Assembly: GCA_001179505.1 (NCBI GenBank)
Contig: CDMY01001040.1
Location: 124,001-188,000 of the forward strand
Origin: Vitrella brassicaformis CCMP3155
Lineage: Eukaryota; Protista; Chromerida
Length of the DNA stretch: 64,000 nucleotides
Direction: 5' to 3'
Made by a program: the position numbers and the translations under genes. The notes below the pieces were generated by a model. The model did not search any database, was not told where the DNA came from, and saw only the letters and a program-made list of their open reading frames with translations. Below are positions 1-12,432 of this stretch, piece after piece (within the stretch, counting starts at the first letter, position 1; each line of letters begins with the position of its first letter).

Positions 1-769
1 CGACATCCCCGAGGTCTTATGGGGGGAGACCTCGGGGGTGGACGTGGACGCCCACGACAGGGGCGACCCACTGCCTGAGTGGGCCAAGCGAGGTCAGGAA
101 AGGGAAAGGAGGCAGAGAAGGCAAAGAGAGAGATGAAATAGACATGGATGGGTGATTCCGTCTTTATCAGACCTCGGGAGCTCATTCGGCATCGATGACA
201 TGCCCGAGGAGACGGCCGAGTGATATATATATATATATGATATGCGCGGTGAGAGAGACGGGTATCTGTCTGCACACACGACGAGAGACACAGACTTGGA
301 TGATTGACGCACGCACAAAGCCGGCTTCTTTGTTTCTACCTGTTCGATACAGACCTCGTGCGCAGCATCGGGCCCTGGCTCGACCAAGGGCTTGATGAGG
401 AGGCAGGTAAGGAGAGCGACACTCACTGGGTGCGTGTGCTTATTCATCGCTGTGTGTATGTGTTGACTGGCTGTGTGTATGCTGTATGTGCTGCATGTAG
501 AGCCGGCCAAGCCCCCGCCCAGAAGCACCCCCACGCCAGCCAGAGTGCTGCCCCCCCTCCGACGCACCAAGGAAGACGAAGGCATCACCTACACGACCTA
601 TCCCCGGGAGGTCAAGACCTGGTGGCAGCGGCTTCGGCGGGCGTTGCGGGTGGGCTGTGCGTCGTGCGGCGCAAGAAAGCCGCCCCGCTCTCGCCTCCCC
701 ACCGCAACGGTCCGCCCACAGGTCCACACAACGGACCGATGCCCCCACCTCATCAAGACTCCCTGGTGA
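1..769 (+). pseudogene. Family-X copy (3' part; exons B end, C 171-248, D ~352-406, E 501-769) with premature stop in exon C
   Basis: In-frame TGA at 221-223 followed by a (TA)n tract replaces the TGG-GTG-AAG codons seen in sister C exons. Confidence 0.7.
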
Positions 770-844
770 TGGGCGGGGGGTGGGATTTAGGGGGGGAGGG
801 AGGGATGACGGGATGGATGGATGGAGGGAGGGAGGGAAGGAATG

Positions 845-935
845 AAGGGATGAAGGGGGGGATGGAGGGAGGGATGGAGGGAGGGATGGAGGGAGGGATG
901 GCGGGAGGGATGGAGGGAGGGATGGAGGGGAGGGA
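845..935. repeat. 12-bp minisatellite (GGATGGAGGGAG)n in the family-X 3' region
   Basis: Direct tandem units; related purine tracts follow the E exon at ~10.36 kb and (inverted) ~57.07-57.19 kb. Confidence 0.8.
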
Positions 936-1089
936 CAGGGCGGGTTACTGTCCATGTGACGTGTGCCGTGGAAATACATAGCGTCTCAGACTTCATCCAT
1001 GTGTCTTGTGTCGTTGAATGAATGAAGGCCTACCTATGTCCGTCACCATCACTATCACATCGTCTGTCTCAACACACAAGGCACACACG

Positions 1090-3279
1090 TCAATCCAAAT
1101 GTGTCACCAATGAGTCCACCCAGCCCGCTACCCCTCTCCCTTCTTGACGAGCTGCCGACCGGCCGCTCGTCGGTGGTCGGAGGCGATGGCGCTGAGTGAG
1201 CAGCGCAGGTCGGCCACACCGAGGTGCTCCCTGGCTGAGACGGCGTGGACAAACGGCCAGACCAACTCGAGCGGCAGCTGCTGAAGCGCCACCACCACGC
1301 GCATCATCAGGCTGTGCAGATCCATCGGCTGCACGCACCCAAACCAACACACAACACACACACACAGAGGGAGAATATCCCCTTGTCTGTCTCTGTCCGC
1401 TGTGTTGGTGCTGTTGTCACTACTCACCTTCAGCAGGTCGACCTTTGTGAGCACCAGCTGATGGATGACGGACCGACACAGACGCCGCAGCAGATAGATG
1501 ATTAGTGGACACAAGAGCCTGTCCGTCCTCGATGTCTCCCTCGTGCCGTTCGTCTGGCCGGGCTTGCCCTCGATCACTGCCGAACAGACAGCAAGACAGT
1601 GACACAGAAGGGGAGACATGGTCACAACCTGTTGTGTTGTGACTTGTGTTGTGGCGTGCGCGACCTTCCCGCAGCACTGTCTATGTGGTTTCGGGTGCGG
1701 CTGTCGGCAGAGGGGGAGGCAGGAAGCGCGCGGCAAGAAAAGCTGCAGGGATATACATGTCTCGGAGGCGTATGCAGCGGGGGCGAGATGAGGGGCAATC
1801 TTGAAGTGCTCGTGCGCCGCACTCACACACTGGCTCTTCTCGCTATCGGTGAACTCCGGCCCAGGGGCTTTGCTGGCCAGCGTGACCACGGCAAGCTGGA
1901 AGGCCGTGAAGCTCAACTCATTGGCCTCGATCTTCCTGTCCTCCTCGTTGCCGGCCGAGACAGGGCTCCAGTATGTGCGCTGGATCGTCACCGGTGCCAG
2001 CAGTTCCGACACGTCGAAGTCGGCACACAGCTGCTGGAAACCCGACAGGGGCAAGGAGTGGCCGCCGCGTGCGTTGTGGGTGAAGAGCTGCTTCACGCGG
2101 GGGCGGATTGATGCGAGCAGCTCCTTGACCAGGGGGTCGGTGTTGATGGCCTTGACCTTCGCGGTCCCTGTGGTGTGGTCCTTGGCAACGGTTGCGTCGT
2201 ATAGGGGTTTGAGGATGTGAGTGGTGAGGAGGACCATGGGCGAGGGGTTCCCGCTCTCCATCGCCGCATGAACCTCGCGAGGCAACTCCTTCAACGCCTG
2301 GAAACACACACAAAAGCGAGACATGGACGTTTCTGGTTTGGGCGAGTGTATTGTATGTGTCCTTTTCTCATCGACCTTTAGCCACTGGTGCAGCTCCATG
2401 TGATGCCTTGTGCTGCGCACCACCCCAGCCCCCACCCCGGCCCTCCTCTCATCCTCGCCCTTGTCACCCTGCGACGGCACGGCACTCAGCGCCGTCTTGG
2501 GCAGTGTGGTGGCGGCATTGGTGTGTCGCACGAACAGCAGGTCGGCCTGCACCTGGGTGAGGGCCGGGGCGGGCAGCACGCGAAGGGGCCGGGCGGATGT
2601 TGCTGCTGTCTTGGTTGGCGGTGTCGTTGGTCAATTCTGGAGAGAGAGGCGTGAGGCCACAATGCCCGTCTCACGGAGGAAGCGGGCAAACTTGGCGGAT
2701 GAGAGGTGAGTGCGGTTCAGGGGATCTGCAGCACATTCAGTGAGGGAGGGGGGAGACACAGACAGACAGACAGACAGACAGACAACACCCCGCTGCAATT
2801 GCAGGGATCCACAACAATAGCAGCAGGAGACACACTTACTGACCAGAGCCGCGGGGGCTGGAGGGCGGTCCCGTACTTGACATTGGCCGCCAGAACCATA
2901 ACGTCCAGAAAGCGACGAAGGCTCATCTGCACCACCCCACACAGCAACAAAAGCACCACCTACCGGCAGCACGGCACACTCCCTTGCCTAAATGCATTAC
3001 CTTTGGCTGTTTGCCGGTGACTTTTGTGAAAAGGAAGTCCAGTTTGGCCGGCGTGAGGAACTGATTGAAGAGACAGGAGTCGATGGCCATCCGCTGCAGC
3101 TTCGACGACTTGAGAGACTCCGCTGCGGTCCAGCTGCGGTTCGCCAGCACATTGGACCCTCCTTCGCTTGAATAAAAGTGATACCAAAGGGGAAGGCCAG
3201 AGGCATACCAACGTCTTCTCTGTCGCCGGACGGTCCAGCTTGACAGGCGAGTCAGACTACTGAAAATTCGCTCCGACAT
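1090..3279 (-). CDS. Multi-exon protein with three TPPP/p25-alpha-like (EF-hand-like) repeats; 3' end runs into duplicated EngB exons
   Basis: Segments LKSSKLQRMAIDSCLFNQFLTPAKLDFLFTKV|MSLRRFLDVM, LSSAKFARFLRETGI..LTQVQADLLFVRH and LPLSGFQQLCADFDV..LSFTAFQLAVVTLA resemble p25-alpha repeats. ATG at 3279; exact 5' and 3' ends uncertain. Confidence 0.55.
1128..1545 (-). pseudogene. Duplicated 3' fragment of the EngB gene (last two exons plus part of preceding intron)
   Basis: Highly similar to ~10.6-11.03 kb (LVLTKVDLLK, PMDLHSLMMRVVVALQQLP..RQLVKKG); similarity stops at ~1545. Confidence 0.85.
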
Positions 3280-3518
3280 GGCATTGCCCGACTGCCTGCA
3301 ATCCCGCCTGGTGCGAACAGGTGGGTTGTGGGCTTCATCGCGTCTCTTGTGCTGAAGCGAGAAAGGAAAACGCTACTCAGAGCTTTGAGAGCCGAGACGC
3401 CCCCAGGGTCGATTCTCGACCCGAGACGGGACACGCGAAATGGAAAAAATTATCTGCAAGGTCTACCCAAGAATATGGTGGCGCTCTATCATTCGGGTTC
3501 AAGAAAGCACATGAGCAG

Positions 3519-4364
3519 GACGTCGCCACCGTCGCGCGTCCGTCGCGTCGACGGCAGCTCCCCCAGGCGGCAGCTCGTCGAGTCTGCTGCAGCTGCAGCG
3601 GACGAAGAGCCTGGACGACATCCCCGAGGTCTCATCGGAGGAGGCCTCGGAGGTGGACGCCCAGGACAACTGCGGTCCACTGCCTGAGTGGGCAAAGCGA
3701 GGTCAGGGAAGGGAAAGCAAAGAGCGAGAGAAATGGCCTTTCATGGATCATTCCGTCTTTCTTCATTGTTGCAGACATCGAGAGCGGCTGCCATTTGTGC
3801 ATCGATGGCATGCCAAGGAAACGGCCGAGTGGGTGAAGCGCGGTGAGAAACACGGACACTTATCACTACGCACGGAAGAAAGACACAGACTAGACTTGGA
3901 TGATTGGCGCACGCAAAGCCGTCTTTTTTCTTTCGACCTGTTCGATACAGCCATCATGAGGAGCATCGGGCCCTGGCTCGATGAAGGGGTCGACGAGGAG
4001 GCAGGTAAGGAGAGTGATACTCATTGACGATGCGTGTGCTTATTCATGGCTGTATTTCTGTGTTGATCGGCTCTTGTGTGCTGTGCTGTATGCAGAGCCG
4101 GCCAAGCCCCCGCCAAAGAGCACCGCCACGCCCGCAAGAATCCTTCTGCCCAACCGCTTCACCAAGGAGGACGACACCATCGTGTACAAGACGTACCCGG
4201 GGAAGAGGATGACTTGGTGGCAGCGGCTCCGGCGGGCGTTGCGGGTGGGGTGTGTCTCGTGCGGCGCCAGAAAGCCGCCCCGACCTCGGCTCCCCACCGC
4301 AACGGTGCCCCAACAGGTCCGCACCACGGACCGCTGCCCGGGTCTTGCCAAGACCCCATGGTGA
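3519..4364 (+). CDS. Family-X module set B(partial)-C-D-E, lacking its own first exon
   Basis: Canonical splice sites; E exon open to TPW-stop at 4364; no in-frame ATG identified upstream of B. Confidence 0.5.
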
Positions 4365-4404
4365 TGGGCGGGTGGGATTGGATGAAGGGAGGGCTTGTCA
4401 CGCC

Positions 4405-6129
4405 TCGACCTCGGGGGTGGACGTGGACGCCCACGACAGGGGCGGTCCACTGCCTGAGTGGGCCAAACGCGGTCAGGAAAGGAAAGGGGGCAGAAAGGGA
4501 GAGATGAATAGACTTGATGGTTTCGTCTTTATCAGACCTCGGGAGCTCATTCGGCATCGACGACTTGCCGAGGAGACGGCCGAGTGGGTCAAAAGAGGTG
4601 AGAGAGACGGGTATCTGTCTGTCTGTACACACGAGGAAAGACACAGACTTGGATGATTGACGCACGCACAAAGCCGTCTTCTTTGTTTCTACCTGTTCGA
4701 TACAGACCTGATGAGGAGCAGCGGGCCGTGGATCGATGAGGGGATCGACGAGGGAGGTAAGGAGAGTGACACTCACTGGGTGCATGTGCTTATTCATCGC
4801 TGTATGTATGTGTTGACTGGCTGTGTGCTGTGCTGTATGTGCTGCATGCAGAGCCAGCCACGGCCACCACCGACCGACGCGCGTCCGTCGCCTCGACGGC
4901 AGCTCCCCCCGGCGGCCGCTCGTCCAGCCTGCTGCACCTGCAGCAGACGGGCAGCCTCGACGACATCCCCGAGCTCTCAAGGGGGGAGACCTTGGGGATG
5001 GAGGTGGACGACAAGGGCGACCCACTGCCAGAGTGGGCAATGCGCGGTCAGAGAAGGGAAAGGAGGCAGGGAGGGAGAGAGATGCGAAAACCTTACATAA
5101 GTGGATTATTCCGTCTTTGTTCATCCTTGCAGACATCGAGAAGGGCAGCGGCTCATGGCTCGATGATATGCCCGAGGAGACGGAGGAGTGGGTGAAGCGC
5201 GGTGAGAGATACGGACATCTGTCTGCACACACGAAAAGAGACACAGACTTGGATGATGGAAGCATGAAGCCGTCTTGTTTGTTTCTACCTGTTCGATACA
5301 GACCTGATGAGGAGCATCGGGCCGTGGCTCGATGAAGGGGTCGACAAGGAGGAGGGAGGTGAGGAGAGTGATACTCATTGGCGGTGCGTGTGGAAATTCA
5401 TCACTGTATGTATGTGCTGATTGGCTCTGTGTGCTGTGCTGTATGCAGAGCCGCCCAAGCCGCCACCCAAGAGCACTCCCACGCCCGCAAGAGTGCTGCC
5501 CCCCATCCGCCGCACCAAGGAGGACGACACCGTCATGTACAAGACATACCCGGGGGAGCGGAAGACGTGGTGGAATATATATCGACTGCGGCGCGCGCTT
5601 TCGGGGGGGTGTGCCTCTTGCGGGGCCAGGAAGCCCCCCCGGCGTCCGCTCCTTACCATCGACATGTCCCAACGAGTCCACACCCCGGACCGATGCCCCG
5701 GCCTGCTGAAGACCCCATGGTGGGTGAGTGGAGTGGGTCAAGAGAGGTGAGAGAGCCGGACATCTGTCTGCACACACAAAGAGAGACACAGACTTGGATG
5801 ATGGGCGCACAAATCTGTCTTATTTGTTTCTACCTGTTCGATACAGCCATCATCAGCAGCATCGGGACGTGGCTGGATGATGGGCTCGACGACGAGGAGA
5901 AAGGTAAAGAGAGTGACACTCACTGACGATGCGTGTGCATTTTTATGTGCCGATTGGCTGTGTGTGCTGTGCTCTGTCTGCAGAGCCAGCCAAACCCCCA
6001 CCCAAGAGCACCCCCACGCCCGCCACAGTCGTCCCCCCCCACCGCTCCACCAAGGACGACAACGCCAAGTTGGACCGACGAGTCCACACGACCGATCGAT
6101 GCCCCGACCTGCTCAAGACCCCATGGTGA
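4405..6129 (+). CDS. Family-X modules B'-C-D-B-C-D-E-(C tail)-D-E(internally deleted)
   Basis: Exons e.g. B 4852-5046, C 5133-5201, D 5302-5358; first E loses its stop by fusion to a C tail (~5720); second E shortened, ending 6129. Confidence 0.5.
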
Positions 6130-6635
6130 TGGGCGCGGGGGATGGGAGCAAGGGGAGGGAAGGAGGGAGGGAGGGGGTCAGCAGGCAGGCTGTAGGCCAT
6201 GCGGCGCAGGAAAGCCGCCCCGGCCTCAACTCCCCACAGCCAGCAAGAATCCTACCGCCCCACCGCGACTCGAAGGAGGACAAGAGACGAGGGCGTGTGT
6301 GGCATTATTGCTGCCTACATTTTATATTTGTTGTACACTTTTGACACATAGCCATGCAGCCTGTGTCGATGGTCGACAGACAGACAGACAGACAGACGGA
6401 CCAACCGACTGACTGCCCATGCTGAATGGACGATATACAGCGTCTGGCTTCAAGGGCTGCAGGGCTGCAGGTGGGAAGAGGGGAAAGGAAAGGAGACAGA
6501 GAAAGAGGAGCCAGCCATCGACCGACAGCTCTAGCTCTGGTCCGTCTCCCGTTTCTCTTTCTCGTTTCTCTCTCCTCTACAGGCGTGCGGGCCTTTTGCA
6601 GAAATGAATGATTCCGTCTCTGTTCATTCCTACAG

Positions 6636-8417
6636 ACATCGAGAAGGGCTGCGGCCAATCCGGCATCGACGACATGCCCGAGGAGACGGAGGAGTGGGTG
6701 AAGCGGGGTGAGAGAGATGGACATATATCTGCTCACACGAAGAGAGACACAGACTTGGATGACGGACGGGCGCACCAAGCCGGCTTCTTTGTTTCTACCT
6801 GTTCGATACAGACATGCTGAGGTGCATCGGGCCGTGGATCGATGAGGGGGTCGACGAGAAGGAGGAAGGTAAGGAGAGTGACATTCACTGACGGTGCAAG
6901 TGGTATTTCATCGCTGTATGTATGTGTCGATTGGCTCTGTGTGCTGTGCTGCATGCAGAGCCAAGGGGACAGCCCTCGGGGGTGGACCTGCGTGACATGG
7001 ACGCTCTGCTGTCAGAGCTGGGCGAACGAGGTCAGGGAACGGAAAGAGGGAGAGACAGAGAGATGAGATAGATCAAGTTGGATGATTCCGTTCCTGTCTT
7101 TTCATCGCTACAGAGATCGAGAGCTGCTGCCGCCTGTCGATCGAGGACCGTCCTGAGAAGACGGACGAGTGGACGAAGCGCGGTGAGAAAAGCGACCACT
7201 TATCAGTAGACACGGAGAGACACGGAGAGAGACAGAGACTTGAAGGACGCACGAAGTTGTTTTCCTTGTTCCTGCCTGTTCATCGCAGCACTCACCACGC
7301 ACAGCCTCGAGCTGTGGATCGACGAGGGGATCTTCGACGACGCCAAAGGTGATGGCATGACAGATAGACAGTGATGGGCTGAGTAGGGCAGGGAACAATG
7401 CATCCAATCATGTGGCCAATGATGTGGTGTCTTCTTTGCCTGCAGCCTCACAGCACCCGCCCAAGGCCACCCCCACGCCGGCACGAGTTCTGCGCCCGCA
7501 CCGCCGCTCGAAGGAGGACGACGATATCACCTACAAGACATACCACCGCGAGGAAGGGAATGGAGGCAGAGAGAGAGAGAGAGAGGGAAAGATGAAATAG
7601 ACTTGGATGCATGGTTCTGTCTTTGTTCATTCCTACAGACATCGAAGAGGGCTGCGGCCAATACGGCATCGACGACATCCCCGAGGTCTCAAGGGGGGAG
7701 ACCTTGGGGATGGAGGTGAACGACAAGGGCGACCCACTGCCAGAGTGGGCAATGCGCGGTCAGAGAAGGGAAAGGAGGCAGGGAGGGAGAGAGATGCGAA
7801 AACCTTACATAAGTGGATTATTCCGTCTTTGTTCATCCTTGCAGACATCGAGAAGGGCAGCGGCTCATGGCTCGATGATATGCCCGAGGAGACGGAGGAG
7901 TGGGTGAAGCGCGGTGAGAGATACGGACATCTGTCTGCACACACGAAAAGAGACACAGACTTGGATGATGGCCGCATAAAGCCGTCTTGTTTGTTCCTAC
8001 CTGTTCGATACAGACCTGATGAGGAGCAGCGGGCCGTGGCTCGATGAAGGGGTCGACGAGGAGGAGGGAGGTGAGGAGAGTGACACTCACTGACGATGCG
8101 TGTGCTTATTCGTTGCTGTATGTATGCGTTGATTGGCTATGTGTGCTCTGTATGCAGCGGGCCGACGGCAGCCGCCAAAAGCCACGCCCAAGGCCACGCC
8201 CAAGCCCCCGCCCAGAAGCACCCCCACGCCCGCAAAAGTCCTGCCTCCCAGCCGCCGCACCAAGGACCACAATAACATCACCTACAGCGGAAGACTTGGT
8301 GACAGCGCTTGCGGCGAGCGCTGTCCCGAGGATGCGCATCCTGCGGCGCCAGAAAGCCGCCCCGCCCTCAACCCCCCACCGCCAAGGTTGCGGCGACAGG
8401 TGCAGACGACGGACTGA
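6636..8417 (+). pseudogene. Family-X modules C-D-B(short)-C-D-E(partial)-C/B hybrid-C-D-E(frameshifted)
   Basis: Exons C 6636-6707, short B 6959-7030, C 7114-7182; terminal E at ~8157-8417 loses the conserved C-terminal frame. Confidence 0.5.
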
Positions 8418-9249
8418 TGCCCGGACCTTGTCAAGACTCCCTGGGGCATATGGCCGAGAGGAAAGGAGGGTGTTGACTTGCTTGCTTGGGATAGAGATGT
8501 CCGTACGTTGGGCGCTTTCAGTGTGTATTCGTGTGTGCTCGGGGCTGTCGAGGTGCCATTTTTGGGGGGAAGGTGCCACCATTGCTGCCTACATTCTATA
8601 TTTGTTGTCCGTGCCTCTTCTGAGCCTGTCTGTGTGTGGAAACACAAGACAAACAATCGACATATACAGTCAATCGGCAGAGAGAGGTGCTAGCGACCGC
8701 TGCTCACTCTGTACCTCCGGGATAAGCGTGAAAAAGAGCTGGCACATCACCGTTTGAATCACTCTGGCATCCTCGTCTATGCCAGCTGGGCCAAGCTTCG
8801 GTGCTCTTCTATGTGGCCATGATTGCGCCACAGGGGCGTGCTGTCGGCGTGGCGAGGGATGGGTGGCGCTGCCAGGGGTCTCGTGCTGCCCAAGACAGTC
8901 AAAATGTGGGGCATTGTAGTGCTGGCCAGGCTCGTGTGTGAGGCGGCCATTGCGTGGGGGATGGAGGGGGGAATGCGGGCGACACTGCTCCTCAGCAGTG
9001 ACGCGGAAGGCGGCGCATCTGGCACCGCCATGGGGCTGTGGGGAGTGGCCTTGCGTGAGGCGATGATGGCTGCATGTGTGAGCGGTGTTGTGTTCGTGCT
9101 CCAGCTGGTTCGTGCTGACCTATAGGGATGTGTACCGGTCTGTCAGGGAGGTGAAAGACAGCATCGAGTCGGACAGGACGGCTGAAATGAAAAAGCAAAC
9201 GTGATCACTGGCAGCCATCATCTTAACTCGCGTCTTGCTGCGAGCTCGT

Positions 9250-10345
9250 GGGGGCGTGTCGGGGCGAGGAGACTGCGAAAGAGGTGAGTCACCGGTTCAT
9301 CCGCACTCCGACGCCACGACAGTGTATCCCTCCATCCATCCAGTCATCTCCTCCATGTGTGTGTTTCGTCAGATGATGGCCGAGATCAAGGCAAATCGGC
9401 CGCTGCCCTCGAGTGCTGCTGCTGGGGAGAGGGAGGGGAATGGGAGGGGGAGGGAGGGAAGGGGGTGGGGGAGGGGGAGAAGGGGAGGGCGGCAACGGCC
9501 GCCAGCGACCGGCGCCCCTCCGTCGCTTCAACGGCAGCCCCCCACGGCCGGTCATCGAGCCTGCTGCTGCAGCAGACGGGCAGCCTGGAGAGCATCCCCG
9601 AGGTCTCAGGGGGAGAGACCTCGGGGGTGGACGTGCATGCCAAGAGCGACCCGCTGTCCGAGCTGGGCGAGCGAGGTCAGGGAAGGGAAATGAGGCAGAG
9701 AGGGAGAGAGACGATAGAATTGCAGTGATTCCGTTTTTGTCTGTTCATCGCTACAGAGGTCGAGAAGTGCTGCCGCTTGTCCATCGAGGACACCTCCGAG
9801 AGCACAGGGGAATCGCTGAAGCGAGGTGAGAGAGACGGACATGTGTCTGCACACACGAAGAGAGACACAGACTTGGATGATGGGTGCACGCACAAAGCCG
9901 TCCTCTTTGTTTCTACCTGTTCGATACAGCGCTCACGACGTACAGCATCGAGCCCTGGCTCGACCAAGGGCTCGACGACGAGGAGGAGGAAGGTAAGGAG
10001 AGTGACACTCACTGGTGGCGCGTGTGCTTATTCATCGCTGTATATATGTGTTGATTGGCTCTGTGTGCTCTGTCTACAGCCTCACAACAGCCGCCAAAGG
10101 CCACGCCCACCCCAGCAAGAGTGCTCCCGCCCACCCGCCGCACCAAGGAGGACAACACCATCCACTACAAGTCCTACCCCCGGGAAATCAAGACATGGTG
10201 GAATCGAATGCGGCGGGTGCTGTCGGTGGGGTTTGCCTCATGCGGTGGAAGAATGCCGCCCCGATCTCGCCTACCCACCGCCACGGTGCGCCAAGAGGTT
10301 CAGACAACGGACCGATGCCCCCACCTTGCCAAGACCCCCTGGTGA
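9250..10345 (+). CDS. Near-complete family-X copy (partial exon A, B 9373-9675, C, D, E to 10345); no in-frame ATG
   Basis: Collinear reverse complement of the intact copy at 57213-58382; in-frame TGA at 9202-9204 precedes exon A. Confidence 0.55.
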
Positions 10346-10602
10346 TGGGCGCGGGGGGTTGAGGGAGGGAGGGAGGGAGGGGAGGGAGGGAGGGAAGGGA
10401 CAGGGCGGGTTATTGTCCATGTGACGTGTGCCGTGGGTAATAAACAGTGTCTCAGACTTCATCCATGTGGCTTGTGTCGATGAATAAAGGCCTACCTATG
10501 TCCGTCAACAAGATCACTATCACATCGTCTCAACACACAAGGCTACAGACACACGTCAGTCCCAATGTGTCACTAATGAGTCCACCCAGCCCGCTACCAC
10601 CT

Positions 10603-11422
10603 CTATCTGTGTGTCCTGGCTGGGGTCTCCCCCTTCTTGACGAGCTGCCGGCCGGCCGCTCTCCGGTGGTCGGAGGCGATGGCACTGAGTGAGCAGCGCA
10701 GCTCGGCCACACCGAGGTGCTCCCTGGCTGAGACGGCGTGGACGAACGGCCAGACCAACTCGGGCGGCAGCTGCTGAAGCGCCACCACCACGCGCATCAT
10801 CAGGCTGTGCAGATCCATCGGCTGCACGCACCCAAACCAACACACAACACACACACAGAGGCTGAATATCCCCTTGTCTGTCTGTGTCTGTTGTCTTGGT
10901 GCTGTTGTCACTACACACTTTGAGCAGGTCGACCTTTGTGAGCACCAGCTGAAGGATGACGGACCGACACAGACACCGCAGCAGAAAGATGACGTGGGAC
11001 ACAAGAACCTGTCCGTCCTCGATGTTTCTGTCGTGCTGGCCCTCCCTCCGTCCCTGCCCTACTGACTGACCATGAGTCGTCTGCCCTTTTCTTGCAGCAT
11101 GTCCCACAGCCGCTCGTCGAGCTCCTCGGGCCCCCTGGTCGACTCGATCAGACACACCACCCGCTCCAGCCTCTTGGCACGAGTGAAGTACTCCTCCATC
11201 AGCACTGCCCAGTCGTTCTTGATCTCCTGCACTCACACAGAACACATGACTGACCGGCATGGGGGCATCATTCCATCCACCCATGTGTGTCTGTCTTGTG
11301 GTGTGCTGTGTGGGGCATACAGACATACACACCTTTGGGACTTTGGCGAAGCCGTAGCCGGGGAGGTCGACGAGAGACAGGTGGTCCGACAGATCAAAGG
11401 TGAAGAGGTGGCGCGTGCGGCC

Positions 11423-11456
<34 letters not shown>

Positions 11457-12432
11457 CGGTGCTGTGACGATGCGTATGGACAGGCACTTGACACATCATT
11501 GGGTTGCATCCATCGCATGCACAGCACACCGGGTTGCCCGAGACGGGCGCGACAGTCGGATCTCTCAATTGCTCAGCATTCTACAGTAAGTCAATATACA
11601 CCACCACCAGCAGTACATACAGCCATCCATCCATCCATTCATGCCCACGCACACCCCACACGCAGCGTCTCATCTGTCTGGCCTACTTACGTCCTTACCT
11701 ACCGGTGTGCCTGACGTCCTGGCGATTTCCTTGCCGTGCATGAGGGCGTTGATCAGACTCGACTTGCCCACGTTGGACTTGCCTGCACCGCACCAACCAA
11801 CGAACCAAGAGAAGGAGAGGAGAGGGATATATGCGTCTGTCTGTGAGGTGGCAATCTATTGTCCTTAAAGCTGGCTGACCGACGACAGCGACTTGTGGGA
11901 TGCCCGTGTCGGGCAGGTTGTGGATGGTCTGGGCCACCAACACGGGATGGGCCGCGATGGGCTTGCCGAACAACACCTTGCTGTACTCCTTCTGCAGGGC
12001 AACACACATGTTTACACGACATTACAGACAGGATGCCCTTAGCTCTCCTCCGAGTGCCTCCTGACTCCTCACGCACCTGCTGGTCTGACATCCAGGCGGG
12101 CTGTGTGGTGTCCTTGGGGTTGAACACGTTCACATACGGACGGGCCAGGTAGGGCGTCGCTGCCAGCCAGCCAGCCAGGACACACACACACACACAGAGC
12201 CAGAGATGCATCCCACTGCACCCGTTCGTTCCTATGCCCTACTTGTGTATCGGGTGGAGAAATGCCGGCATCCAGCAGCACCGGCAGCCGGGCTGAACAC
12301 ACATTCGGCCCTTGAAGACATCCCCCGCCTCCTAGTGCCGTGGGCAGATCCATCGCACTGCGGTGCGTCTGAGCGCCGTCTGAATCCGCCGAGTGAGCCT
12401 TCGAGGACAGCGGGCAGCCGACGAGCTGACAT
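10603..12432 (-). CDS. engB: EngB/YihA-family ribosome-biogenesis GTPase, probable organellar leader
   Basis: Spliced motifs G1 GKSNVGKSSLIN, G2 TPG|RT, G3 DLPGYG, G4 TKVD; Arg/Ser-rich N-terminus MSARRLPAV..RHFSTRY. Confidence 0.9.

Larger units (their letters stand above)
1..10345 (+). repeat. Tandem, scrambled array of family-X exon modules (B, C, D cassette exons and E terminal exons) with their flanking introns
   Basis: Recurring peptides DDIPEVSxGETxG..DPLxEWxKR, DDMPEETEEWVKR, SIGPWLDEGxDEE and KPPPKSTPTPAR..WWQRLRRALRVGCxSCGARK..DRCPxLxKTPW*, each with homologous intron sequence, interrupted by the 1.0-3.4 kb gene. Confidence 0.9.

Noticed and set aside
8777-9198. ORFs on both strands between family-X copies
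   Set aside because: No recognisable motif, alternative start codons, no coherent splice model.
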